Notes under the pieces: generated by a model
What the model was told of the DNA's origin: nothing
Seen by the model: the letters and a program-made list of their open reading frames with translations, nothing else
The model's database searches: none
Source of the DNA: Giardia intestinalis
Taxonomy: Eukaryota
DNA: 64,000 bases
NCBI GenBank assembly: GCA_000002435.2
Contig: CM018789.1
Direction: 5' to 3' (one strand)
Shown: positions 39,594 to 49,083 of the stretch, piece by piece
Numbering within the stretch: position 1 is the stretch's first letter
Layout: each line of letters starts with the position of its first letter
Program-made: the position numbers and the translations under genes

Positions 39594-40745
39594 ATGTTCA
39601 AGACACCCCTGTTGTACCTGCCCGGACCAACGGCTGTTCCAGATAGTATCCTCAGAGCAAGGATGGGGCCATTGATGGATGACCAGGCCCTATATAAGGA
39701 GATTTCTGGGGCAGTCCAGCGTATATTAAAGACCAAGTCTAGCGTTCACATCTTGGCGGGGGAGGGGATGCTTGCTCTGGACTCTGTTTCCTGTTCTCTG
39801 ATTGAGCAGGGAGACAGCGTCTTAATTATTTCCAATGGTGTTTTTGGAGATTGGTTTTTGGATCTAGTTGGCAAATACACTAGCTCATACACTATTTTCC
39901 AATGCGGTCCCACATCCGGTGTTTCTGCTTCAGCATTGGGAGAGTTTCTTATAGCTCAAGAGCAGAAGGGCGTCTCTTTTAAGCTGGCTACTTTGGTGCA
40001 CTGCGACACGCCCTCTGGCGTTCTCAATGATATAGCATCTCTGGTTCCAGTGCTCTCCCGCCACTCGATCCTCTCCGTGGTTGACGTAGTGGCCTCTTCC
40101 TTCGGAATCTCTATAGATCTTGACCTTTGCGGAGTCGACGTGGCCTTGATGGGCTCTCAAAAGGCCCTCTCATGTCCCAGTGGACTGAGCATGTTGGCGA
40201 TTTCAGAAAGAGCCTGGCGTGCCATGGAGACACGAAGGACTCCCATACCAAGCTACTACTGCAATTTACTTCTGTTCAAGAACGCACCTGCTACCTTTCC
40301 ATACACTGTCTCATCTTACGATCTCCTGGGTCTCCGAGAGGCATTGCGCTTGCTAGAAGAGGAGGGTCTAGACAATGTTTATCGTAGGCACATGCGTATT
40401 GCCGAGGCTGTGCGGTATGCTGTGCAGAAGTCAGGGCTCACTCTTTACTTAGTGAGTGACTACTCGCCAACGATCACTGCCTTTCACGTTCCTCAGGGAA
40501 CAACATCCGATGCAATCTTGCAAACGATGTTGAATGACTATGGTATCAGATTTTCGAGCAGTCTTGGCTCACTGGACAAAAAGGTGATGAGAATAGGCCA
40601 CATGGGCTTCAATTCTAATGTTCCAGTAGTGCTCTATGTTCTCAAGTGTCTAACCCGAACATTGCGGTCCCACGGTGTCTGTTTAAGGGATGACATGGGA
40701 GAGAGTTTCTTTGAGAGATACCATAGTATGGTAGAAGTAGAATAG
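39594..40745 (+). CDS. Class-V PLP-dependent aminotransferase (alanine-glyoxylate/serine-pyruvate aminotransferase family)
   Basis: N-terminal LLYLPGPTAVPDSIL. PLP-lysine motif LMGSQKALSCPSG (compare AGXT YSGSQKALNAPPG). C-terminal KKVMRIGHMG. Full-length collinearity with AGXT. ATG lies in an A/T-rich context (ttttaaaaaaATG). Confidence 0.85.
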   Translation: MFKTPLLYLPGPTAVPDSILRARMGPLMDDQALYKEISGAVQRILKTKSSVHILAGEGMLALDSVSCSLIEQGDSVLIISNGVFGDWFLDLVGKYTSSYTIFQCGPTSGVSASALGEFLIAQEQKGVSFKLATLVHCDTPSGVLNDIASLVPVLSRHSILSVVDVVASSFGISIDLDLCGVDVALMGSQKALSCPSGLSMLAISERAWRAMETRRTPIPSYYCNLLLFKNAPATFPYTVSSYDLLGLREALRLLEEEGLDNVYRRHMRIAEAVRYAVQKSGLTLYLVSDYSPTITAFHVPQGTTSDAILQTMLNDYGIRFSSSLGSLDKKVMRIGHMGFNSNVPVVLYVLKCLTRTLRSHGVCLRDDMGESFFERYHSMVEVE

Positions 40746-40760
40746 TTTAGAAATTTACAA

Positions 40761-42290
40761 TCATGGAATCCTCCACACGGAAGAAGGCAGTTTGATGCGT
40801 GCTGAGCGAAAGTCTGAATAGATCGGTTCCTCATTTGGCAGAACCACTATTATCTGCTTGATACTCTTCGTGCTTGCATGTGACTCGGGTGAGGGTCCCT
40901 CTTGATGGTCAGTTTTATTATTACCTTTGTCAAGGGAGCAACTCCTAGCATCAATTTTGATGCTAATCTTGGCAGTCACGGACTTTGGATCCTCATCATT
41001 TGGATTTAGCTTCGATTTATTACTGCCTCTATTGCTGCTTCGTGTTGGTCTTACGGGGGCATTTTTTGAGTCTTTGCTGGCCTCAACTGATGGCTGGGGT
41101 TTAGCATCGCTCTGTTTATCGTAGCTGTTGTCTTTTTGCAACGACGTTCCATCGGCAAAAACGACGGATATACGAGAACCAGTTACTGATCCTCGCCCCA
41201 GTTGTTGTTTGACAGGCGATCCACGATCGTGGTCATCAGTTGTTATAGACGAAATAGAGACGTTGTGTGAATCAATTGTGTTCAAGTGGCTAGAGCCCCT
41301 AAAGTCTGTACTCTTGTGTTCAGGTCTGTGGTCTGGCCCCTTTTGCTTTATGACTACAGCCTTGCCTCCAGCAGCGCCAGGCTCCTTCGGCGTACTACTT
41401 GCTAGTGCCTCCATCGGTGAGACCATATCTGTGATATCTAAATTATTACTGACAACTGAGACCGGGATCGGGACTGGCTCCTCATTGGGACAAGGCTTCG
41501 CTGGAACAGAAGATGTTGGACACGGTAGATCCATAATAATATCTGTGCTTTGGTCCAATGCACCGGCATCGGTGTGTGGTCTAGGCAGCTCTGAGGATGC
41601 TCGAGGAACTACCCGAGCGTCGTTCGAAGAGGATCCATGTGAAAAAGTAGCTGGAATATTGACTGTTTTGCCATCCTGTATGCGTATGTCCTTAAGGGAC
41701 GGCGTTTGATATAAGTCTTGGCCTTGTCTAGAGAACACCTGCCTATTCCGTGTGAGAATGACAGAGGAGCTCACAATATCGTCTAAATGCTGCTTTTGCT
41801 CATTGAAAGCGCTCTTATTTTGTTTTGCATGCCGATTGGTTTGGCGAACAGGCGACTCCACTGTGTCATGGAAAGATCTCCTGTTCTTGCGGTTACCATG
41901 GGATTCGTATCTATCCTCACGATGCTGCCTGTCTCTTGAAACAAAGGCACCACTGTCTTGTCGCTCTTTGATCGAATAGTTGTGCATACTGTGTTCGTTC
42001 TGTCCTTCTCTTTGCTGTCTTCGTCTGTGCGTGTTCTTGAAGGTCTGTAGGGTATTATCAGAGATGTGGCTATGAGACTTAGCAATGGGTTGATCTAATC
42101 TATCGGCCTGTACCAATGGACCGGATTGATCCGTGGGGTAATTGTTATTTGTCTTTGAAGCATTAACCGACAAAGTAATCTTCTTTGTATGAACATGATG
42201 CTTCCTTCCTTCGTCTAAAGAGACGTCCAACTCACTATTGTAGGATTCCTCCCAATCGAAGCTACTATACTGATCATTCCAATCGGCCAT
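40761..42290 (-). CDS. Hypothetical low-complexity (S/R/D/H-rich) protein
   Basis: 509-codon ORF. ATG 42288-42290 is preceded by an A/T-rich sequence. It is divergent from the UBC gene only 29 bp away. Confidence 0.5.
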   Translation of the reverse strand: MADWNDQYSSFDWEESYNSELDVSLDEGRKHHVHTKKITLSVNASKTNNNYPTDQSGPLVQADRLDQPIAKSHSHISDNTLQTFKNTHRRRQQREGQNEHSMHNYSIKERQDSGAFVSRDRQHREDRYESHGNRKNRRSFHDTVESPVRQTNRHAKQNKSAFNEQKQHLDDIVSSSVILTRNRQVFSRQGQDLYQTPSLKDIRIQDGKTVNIPATFSHGSSSNDARVVPRASSELPRPHTDAGALDQSTDIIMDLPCPTSSVPAKPCPNEEPVPIPVSVVSNNLDITDMVSPMEALASSTPKEPGAAGGKAVVIKQKGPDHRPEHKSTDFRGSSHLNTIDSHNVSISSITTDDHDRGSPVKQQLGRGSVTGSRISVVFADGTSLQKDNSYDKQSDAKPQPSVEASKDSKNAPVRPTRSSNRGSNKSKLNPNDEDPKSVTAKISIKIDARSCSLDKGNNKTDHQEGPSPESHASTKSIKQIIVVLPNEEPIYSDFRSARIKLPSSVWRIP

Positions 42291-42319
42291 TATTTTTTAA
42301 ATATAAAATCATTGGGCTC

Positions 42320-43294
42320 ATGAACGTGGTATACAGGCGTATTTCCCACGAGCTAAAGCTCATCAGTATGGCTGGGGAAACATATTTCAGGGTATACCTT
42401 GACCCCAGCAATATGCTGAATGTTCACTTTACCTTTCTCGGGCCCTCTGACAGCCCATTTTCCAAGGGGTTATACCACGGGATCATTCATCTTCCACAAG
42501 ACTACCCCCACAAGCCTCCTGAAATTGTCTTCTTGACAAGCAGCGGTCGTTTTGAAACAAATAGGTATATCTGCACTAGCTTTACCTCCTTCCACCCGGA
42601 GTCTTGGAATCCGACCTGGGGGATTCGAAATATTATAATAGGTCTCAGGTCTCTCTTTGATGAGGAGACTCCTGGCAGCATCGGAAGTATCACTGCTTCT
42701 CCGGAGGTCAGAGAGAAGTATGCATTGGATAGCCACTCCTTTACGTGTCGTGTTTGCGGCTGCTCCCATGCCGACCTTGTCTCAGTCCTACACGAGTCTC
42801 CAGTATCTACCCAAGAGCCTGCAGATCATAACTCAAGTCAGACACCTCCAACAACGGATACAGTAGTACCCGGTGATGTTGCTGTAGAGGCATGTACCGA
42901 TATGTCAGTGAGTAATGAACCTAGTCAAGATCAGGAACAGGAACAAGAGCAGATAACAGAAGCACACTCACAAGATGTACTAGATGAGAAGCCAGAGAAG
43001 CTGCCAACAGAACCCTTCAGTGTGGATGACCCCAGCCATGCTCCTCAAATGCCTTCAGACTATAATACTCTCAGCTTCTCTAGTCTAGCACTTGCTGCCA
43101 TATCGCGGGGCTTGCTCCGTGCAACGCAAAGTATGAGCCCGGAAGATCACCAACCCGAAGAGACCCAGGGCCTAGACCTGTTGGCTCATCTTGTTGCAGG
43201 GGCGTCTATTCCGTCATCTGTTTTTAAACTTGTCTCACACTTACGAGAGAATGCAGAAGCTATTTGTGCTGGAGTGCAACCCCATAGTAATTAG
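42320..43294 (+). CDS. Ubiquitin-conjugating enzyme E2, UBE2J/Ubc6 (ER-associated) type
   Basis: UBC fold with HPPKGRFE-like PHKPPEIVFLTSSGRFETNRYICTSFTSFHPESWNPTWGIRNIIIGLRSLF, which is the Ubc6/UBE2J-specific HPxxWxPxW context around the catalytic Cys. The track ORF starts upstream at a non-ATG codon that overlaps the neighbouring gene; the ATG is at 42320 (aaatataaaatcattgggctcATG). Confidence 0.85.
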   Translation: MNVVYRRISHELKLISMAGETYFRVYLDPSNMLNVHFTFLGPSDSPFSKGLYHGIIHLPQDYPHKPPEIVFLTSSGRFETNRYICTSFTSFHPESWNPTWGIRNIIIGLRSLFDEETPGSIGSITASPEVREKYALDSHSFTCRVCGCSHADLVSVLHESPVSTQEPADHNSSQTPPTTDTVVPGDVAVEACTDMSVSNEPSQDQEQEQEQITEAHSQDVLDEKPEKLPTEPFSVDDPSHAPQMPSDYNTLSFSSLALAAISRGLLRATQSMSPEDHQPEETQGLDLLAHLVAGASIPSSVFKLVSHLRENAEAICAGVQPHSN

Positions 43295-43393
43295 TGGAAC
43301 AACTAAATCTCTTGCTGCATTTCATTCTAGTTTAATTCCGGCCGCCCACTTGTGTCCAAGGTGAGTAAATTTGGCCTTTCTTTTCGAAATAAA

Positions 43394-43993
43394 ATGACTA
43401 CTGAAGTTAAGCCAACCAAGCCTTTAACTAGTTTCTTTCTGTTCAAAAGGGACAATCAGGCTAAAGTCGCTGAATTTCCTCGAGGTGAGCAAGCAAAAGA
43501 ACTGGGCAGGCTTTGGCAGGAGCTTTCTGACGACGAAAAAAATGCATACAGCAAACGGCACAAAGATGCTATGGAGCAGTATACTTATGACTTAGAGCAG
43601 TGGTACCTAGCTCATCCGGAAGAGCGGATCAAAGACAAAGAAGAGGCAGAGCGTCAGCGGCAGAAGAATAGAGAGAAAAAGGAGAAGGAGAAAGAAAAGC
43701 GCCCTGGTCAGCAATCTGCAAAGGTCGCCCAGAAAAGAAGCAAGGCAGCTGACGCGGACAATTTACTAATGTGCTTTACAGTGGCACAGCTCAAAAAGCG
43801 CCGCCTAGAATTCAGTGATGTTCCAATATATCCTACAAACACCGTCAAGCGGACCATAAAGACGGCTCTTAACGAGATGAGTGATGCAGATAAAGAGTTG
43901 TGGCTCAATTTCTGGTACGACCTTGACGAGGAGAACAAAAATAAAGTCAAACAATTCTACCTAGAATGGAAGGAGCTCAAAGCTAAGGACTAA
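43394..43993 (+). CDS. HMG-box DNA-binding protein with K/E-rich tail
   Basis: KPTKPLTSFFLFKRDNQAKVAEFP...ELGRLWQELSDDEKNAYSKRHKDAMEQY is a canonical HMG box. ATG 43394 follows an A/T-rich sequence (ttttcgaaataaaATG). AGTAAAC poly(A) heptamer at 44021-44027. Confidence 0.8.
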   Translation: MTTEVKPTKPLTSFFLFKRDNQAKVAEFPRGEQAKELGRLWQELSDDEKNAYSKRHKDAMEQYTYDLEQWYLAHPEERIKDKEEAERQRQKNREKKEKEKEKRPGQQSAKVAQKRSKAADADNLLMCFTVAQLKKRRLEFSDVPIYPTNTVKRTIKTALNEMSDADKELWLNFWYDLDEENKNKVKQFYLEWKELKAKD

Positions 43994-44037
43994 GAGGAAA
44001 GACAAATAGCAACGTGCATGAGTAAACCAGATGGCCG

Positions 44038-45615
44038 TTATACCTCTGCGTTAGCTAGTATATGGCAATTTGTGGACTCGACGTGTACGAAGCACCGCTC
44101 TACAAAGTCAAGTCTTTGAATGTGATCCTGGAGACCGTGCACTATGTCATGGCAGCTACACACATACATCTGGTCAGGAAGACAGATCGTCACCTCTACC
44201 GTAGACTCCTTCCCGCACTGATAGGCGAGCACTTCGTTGATGCGTTCAATGGACGGATCAAAGTGCATGGCATGAAGAACTAGTCGGGCCTGGTCTTCCA
44301 CACCTAAAGAGCGCCCAATCATCGAGCGTATCTGCGTCCGTGCGGCAAGGGTCCAGTTAATCAGTATATAAATGCACAAAATAAGGGAGCCCACGGGATC
44401 AATGTAAGAAAGATTAACAGTCCCGTCATGCCCATTGAACTTGGACCCGACGAAGGCAGCTACAAACCCGAGGGAATTGGAAAGGACATCGTTTCGGTGA
44501 TCGTCACGATAGGCTAAACACGCATCAGATAAGATCTTAGCCTCCCTCCCCACAAAGTGACAAAAGAGACACAAGAATAGCTTTAGTACAATGGTGAAAC
44601 CTATTATAACAATTTGCAAGGTGTCAAAACGAGCTGGGTTGTCGGGAACGCCCTTAGCCAGCTGTATGATCTGCTGAATGGATTCATAAGCAAGAGTTGC
44701 AGCGAATGTCCCCATGATGCATGCAAAGGATAGCACACCAAGGGTCTCATAACGCCTCTTTCCGATGGGATAAGTGATACTTTGCTTCTGGAGCTTCAGT
44801 GAGTCCTGGTGTCCCGTCTTCTCAGCCCCCGAGCGAGCCAAGCGTGCGCATATGAAGAGAACCAGTCCCGAGAGGATATCAAGGCACGAGTCCACCATGG
44901 ATGCCAAGACAGACATAGATAGCGAAAGCGAGTAGGCAATTATCTTGAGAATGACCAACAATATATTACTACCGAAAGAAAGATTGACACAAAGCTTACC
45001 AGCACTGCAAGTGCGTAACAAAGAAAGGTCCTCGGCGGGAGAAGGTACCGCCATGTCATCAAGGTCCTTGCAGAAGCTCAACAGGTATTGTCTAAAGTGG
45101 CAATCGTCTTTGCCACAATCGGTCTTTTGCAAGATTGTGCGTATACGCTCGTACAAGGTGGTCCTCAGAATAGGAATATCATCTGCGAAAGGGTTAGACT
45201 TAGAGCCAGCAGCCTTCTTTTCGAGAATCTCAAGATGTTCTAACCGCGCCTTAACGCTCCGAAGAAAGGCTATGTTATTGTGTTCCTGTAAATGTGGACA
45301 TTGTTCAATTGGTCCGTTGTCTCCTGCCACACAATTGCAAGAGTTATATCCATCCATGACAAGTGACAAGTCCTCTATGCCTAGAGAATTACCAGAGGCT
45401 TTCGCAAGACTCTCTTGGAGTGTTTCAAATTCAGTAAGCCGGAGAGCTTCAGCAAACAAGGAGGGCACACCTGGAAGAGGTGGAACGGTCATCCATTGCA
45501 GAGCCTGCGGCTCTTCTACAATGAGATCTTGCTGCTCGAGATGTGCGCTGCTATGGTGTGTCAATGTGTCATTGTCGAGACCAGTCTCTACACGGAGGTT
45601 CATCACCTTTGCCAT
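44038..45615 (-). CDS. Cation diffusion facilitator (CDF) metal transporter, Mn-type (DxxxD/DxxxD)
   Basis: Six-TM core with SMVDSCLDILSG (TM2 DxxxD) and RDDHRNDVLSN (TM5 DxxxD). C-terminal cytoplasmic domain with the HxLxxW..H.I...LQ..I-like signature (VHVESTNCHILANAEV end). About 190-aa N-terminal extension. Confidence 0.85.
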   Translation of the reverse strand: MAKVMNLRVETGLDNDTLTHHSSAHLEQQDLIVEEPQALQWMTVPPLPGVPSLFAEALRLTEFETLQESLAKASGNSLGIEDLSLVMDGYNSCNCVAGDNGPIEQCPHLQEHNNIAFLRSVKARLEHLEILEKKAAGSKSNPFADDIPILRTTLYERIRTILQKTDCGKDDCHFRQYLLSFCKDLDDMAVPSPAEDLSLLRTCSAGKLCVNLSFGSNILLVILKIIAYSLSLSMSVLASMVDSCLDILSGLVLFICARLARSGAEKTGHQDSLKLQKQSITYPIGKRRYETLGVLSFACIMGTFAATLAYESIQQIIQLAKGVPDNPARFDTLQIVIIGFTIVLKLFLCLFCHFVGREAKILSDACLAYRDDHRNDVLSNSLGFVAAFVGSKFNGHDGTVNLSYIDPVGSLILCIYILINWTLAARTQIRSMIGRSLGVEDQARLVLHAMHFDPSIERINEVLAYQCGKESTVEVTICLPDQMYVCSCHDIVHGLQDHIQRLDFVERCFVHVESTNCHILANAEV

Positions 45616-45760
45616 TTTATTCTACTCACTTTTCACCCATAACCCTTTTCTGGCTTCTAATTTTCTGGCTGAAAATTACCTAGATAAGAACACATACAAG
45701 GAGCACGCCGAGTATGACATCAGCTGTGTCTACAATCTGTATCTACAGCAACGATATAAA

Positions 45761-46915
45761 ATGCGAAAGACATCTGTTTGGATTCTCGCACTCCTTATTA
45801 GATGCGTGCTAATTTGGCTAGGGACTTACATAAGTGATCCACCGGCGTTATCGATGACAGATATCGACTATCTCGTTGTTTGGGATGGAGTATGCCTGGC
45901 ACCAGTTCCCAGTGAGCGGCCAACATATCGCTACTCTCCAATCTTTAAGGTAATATGTTGGCCTATGTGCAGGTGGCCCACATATGGCAAAGTTCTTTAC
46001 TCACTATCAGACCTTATATTTGCCTTACTCGCGTACAGAATTACACGGCATAGTCAAAGAGTACATCACCTCTGGCTGATGAACCCGTTCGTCATTGCCT
46101 TGTCTGTGCGGGGAAGCTTCGACAGCATTGTCCAAACGCTGGTGGCATGGATGCTATTGACTATTAAGCAGCATAAGTATTTGATGTCAGGCCTTCTGCT
46201 TGGTCTATGTATTCACTTGCGCATATATCCCATAATCTTTACCCCTTTCCTTCTGCTCTATGCCTTATTAGATAGGAAGGCTGATCAAAGGGAGCCGCTG
46301 GATGGAATTTTTCGGGCAGGATTGCTTTTATGTTGCACGCTGATATCATTCTTTGCAACCACCCTGATATCGATGTTGATAGATGATGGATACTTGTCAT
46401 CAGGATTGCTTTATCATGTCTCTGGACGTGTTGATCACAGGCACAACTTGAGCATTTTGTGGGCCGTCCAGCTCGCATGCTCGAAGGGCAAAGAAGTTTA
46501 CTGCTGGCCATTTGCAAAGCTATTTCAAACAGTGATCTTAGCCGCTCTCATTATCCAACGCGTTCTAGCGTTAAGAACGTTAGAACCAATTGAGAATGAA
46601 GAGGCTCAATCTGTGCTCAAGCGAAGATACTTCTATCATCAACTTCTCAGTGATCTAGACCAGGCCTGCCGGGCATTCGTGGCATTTAATTCAGTTGTTA
46701 CAGCCCAGTATTTTTCGTGGACATTTGCCACTTTCACGCTCTCGCCCAACGCTGTTCTCAACAAAACAAGTTATGGCAAACTGGCCACTTTTGTTGGTAG
46801 TCTTGGTCTTTCCTTATGCATTTCCGGAGCACTAGAGTTCTCCGGAAAAACGAAATATTTATCATTGATTACCCTGGCAAACACTGCCGCGATGGGCTCT
46901 CTTCTATTCTTGTAA
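45761..46915 (+). CDS. PIGM: GPI mannosyltransferase I (PIG-M)
   Basis: TDIDYLVVWDG DXD-type motif, RPTYRYSPIF (PIG-M RATYRYTPLL), and NPFVIALSVRGSFDSIVQ (PIG-M NPLPMAVSSRGNADSIV). Multi-TM. The track ORF 44945-46915 is inflated by an antisense extension over the CDF gene; the ATG is at 45761 (acgatataaaATG). Confidence 0.85.
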   Translation: MRKTSVWILALLIRCVLIWLGTYISDPPALSMTDIDYLVVWDGVCLAPVPSERPTYRYSPIFKVICWPMCRWPTYGKVLYSLSDLIFALLAYRITRHSQRVHHLWLMNPFVIALSVRGSFDSIVQTLVAWMLLTIKQHKYLMSGLLLGLCIHLRIYPIIFTPFLLLYALLDRKADQREPLDGIFRAGLLLCCTLISFFATTLISMLIDDGYLSSGLLYHVSGRVDHRHNLSILWAVQLACSKGKEVYCWPFAKLFQTVILAALIIQRVLALRTLEPIENEEAQSVLKRRYFYHQLLSDLDQACRAFVAFNSVVTAQYFSWTFATFTLSPNAVLNKTSYGKLATFVGSLGLSLCISGALEFSGKTKYLSLITLANTAAMGSLLFL

Positions 46916-46949
46916 CATTTGGAATAGCCGTAGCACAGTCCTGAAGCCA

Positions 46950-48700
46950 GAATATTGGGGTGAGGCTGTTGCCTGTTATTTGAATGATCTTCCCATGTGA
47001 CCCACCGCCGCCCTGGGCAAGTCCCTCGCTCGTTCACCAACCGAGATCCAGATCCAGAGTTCGATCTCAGGTGTCAGGCGACTCCGACGGGAGAAGAACT
47101 TTTGTTCTTCCCTCTTCCCAAGGACGAGGCAGGGCAACCACGATCAGGGGACGATCATGATGCGCTCCACAAGGCAGTCCCGAGCCTCCTGGAGACCCAG
47201 ACACTGGTCTTCTTCGAGACCGAGCAGACTGCGTTCCACCGATTGCACATGGGTGGTGTCCGCATGGCATACATGGAGATGCAGACTGATGGGCACAGCG
47301 GTTTCGCTCGACATAACGAGCACCCTAACAGTAGACGGCCTCTGCCAGGCGAGTGTGCCCCGTCCCGAGGAGTTGCGTCGAGGCCTTCCTCTAATTGCGC
47401 CACGCTGCACCCCTGGACTCGGTCCCTCAGGACCCTGAGCATGCTTCTGTGCTGCGTGGGATAGAACCTGCTCACCAGGAACTGAAGGAGATACCTCGCT
47501 CACTGCCTTGCCGACGACACATCCATCTTCCATAGTAGCAACAGTGACGCGACGGGGATAGCCACAGAGGCGACAGGCCTGGCGAAGCAACATGGCTCGA
47601 CGGTCAACACTGGGTGTAGGAGCACGGAGGGGCAGGAGGCCTTCTTCCTGGCCGGTCTTAAGGAGCTTCCAAGGCAACGAAGAGCTTGAAGCTAGTGATG
47701 GCACCAATCACTCGCCCCGCCTGTCCAGACGGACCCACACGCGGCCCATATGAATCCCTCGACAGGCAAGTCGGGATCCTTGGAGTGTCTGGCTGACAGA
47801 AGTGGACTGATCCTGCCCACACCGGAGAGCGGTGACCTGGGCCACCCGCCAGGCGTCTGCCGCAGCAGCTGGCAGTGCTTGACACCCTCGAGTAGACGGG
47901 TGCCGATTGTAGAGCGAGACAACCAAGCGGTGAACCGGTCCCGATCGCTCGTGATGCTTTGGATGACGCCTCGGTGGACCGAAGCATCACCTCCAAGCGC
48001 ACCATATGATGCGAGGATGGATGGAGCCCACAGGTCAGCTGAGCCAGACGCACTGCACAGGGTGAGCGTCGACATGATCTCGTCCTGGGTGACGGAGCAT
48101 CTGCAAAAGTGCACTGCGATCCATAAGCAGAGGGCCGGGCCTCCTCCTCGACACCACCGCATGGGAGCTGTCCGCCGGCATCCACGAACGCGTACTCTAA
48201 CTCCAAGATAGAGGTGCACGGGGAGCGCACCCTCCCGGTCATACTCGGGACTGATGGTGCAATCCACGAGGAGACAAGGAGGCACCCCGAGGAACGGGGT
48301 AGGCACCCGGGGCCGTGGGGTGGGATCTTTGTCGTAGAGCACCGGCACCACAAAGCGATCCTGGAGTATATGACCAGAGTCAAGCTCCCAAGACCAGATC
48401 GCCGCGACTGACGCAAGGCCCGAGACAACGGGCGCCCACCGGTGCCAGGTGGTGGTTGCCCCAAGCCAGCCAGAGGATGGGAGAGATCCTAGAGGTAACG
48501 TGAGGAGCAGCGGCTTCCGGGGGAGGCGGGCATAGGAGTTCTTCCGCTGGGATCGAGGGCATCTAACTCTCGGAGTTCTGATCTCAGCTACTGCAGGAGT
48601 GAGAGGCTTGCCTAGGGTGGTGGTGGCTCACATGGGAGATTACTCTGATAATAGGTGACAACCTCATCTCAGTGAAACGAAGAGTAAACTGGGCTGAGAG
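46950..48700. other. GC-rich (~60% GC) 1.7-kb block with no dominant reading frame: possible decayed gene/mobile-element remnant or non-coding transcript
   Basis: All six frames give overlapping 60-270-codon ORFs with Arg/Pro/Gly-rich translations; none spans the block. Two tandem AGTRAAY heptamers on the + strand (48683-48689, 48699-48705) lie at the 3' edge. Confidence 0.3.
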
Positions 48701-48747
48701 TAAATGGGGGTGTACATTTTTGAAAAGCTGACGAACCAGCCAAATCT

Positions 48748-49032
48748 ATGTCTGGACTTAGCGACCGTGTTTCTAAGATACTCACAGACTCTACACACAT
48801 AGCGGATGCCATGAGCCAGAGCGTGGTTGATGGAGCTGTTACAGGAGTCGCCTGTCGGAGCATAAGCGAAAGTACGCGACCAATAGTTACCCAACAGGTC
48901 GCTCTCAACGAAACTGCTGCGCAGAGGCTTGGAGATCTCCTCCAGCAATCGTTTGAGAGTGAACGGATAGATAGCATCCACAGCTATGACGGCACGACCT
49001 ATTGCGAGATCTCGTGCTGGGGCGCATTCTGA
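48748..49032 (+). CDS. Small hypothetical ORF (94 aa), weak call
   Basis: ATG-initiated ORF with balanced composition. It is overlapped by two antisense ORFs of similar length, so the coding strand is uncertain. Confidence 0.25.
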   Translation: MSGLSDRVSKILTDSTHIADAMSQSVVDGAVTGVACRSISESTRPIVTQQVALNETAAQRLGDLLQQSFESERIDSIHSYDGTTYCEISCWGAF

Positions 49033-49083
49033 AAACGCAGAATAAATTGCAGCAGCTCTCTTGATAAATTACAATCCAACTAA

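Noticed and set aside
44945-45760. 5' two-fifths of the 656-codon track ORF 44945-46915
   Set aside because: It is antisense to the well-supported CDF transporter gene and begins at a non-ATG codon. The PIG-M homology, hydrophobic TM segments and an A/T-rich ATG context all begin at 45761.
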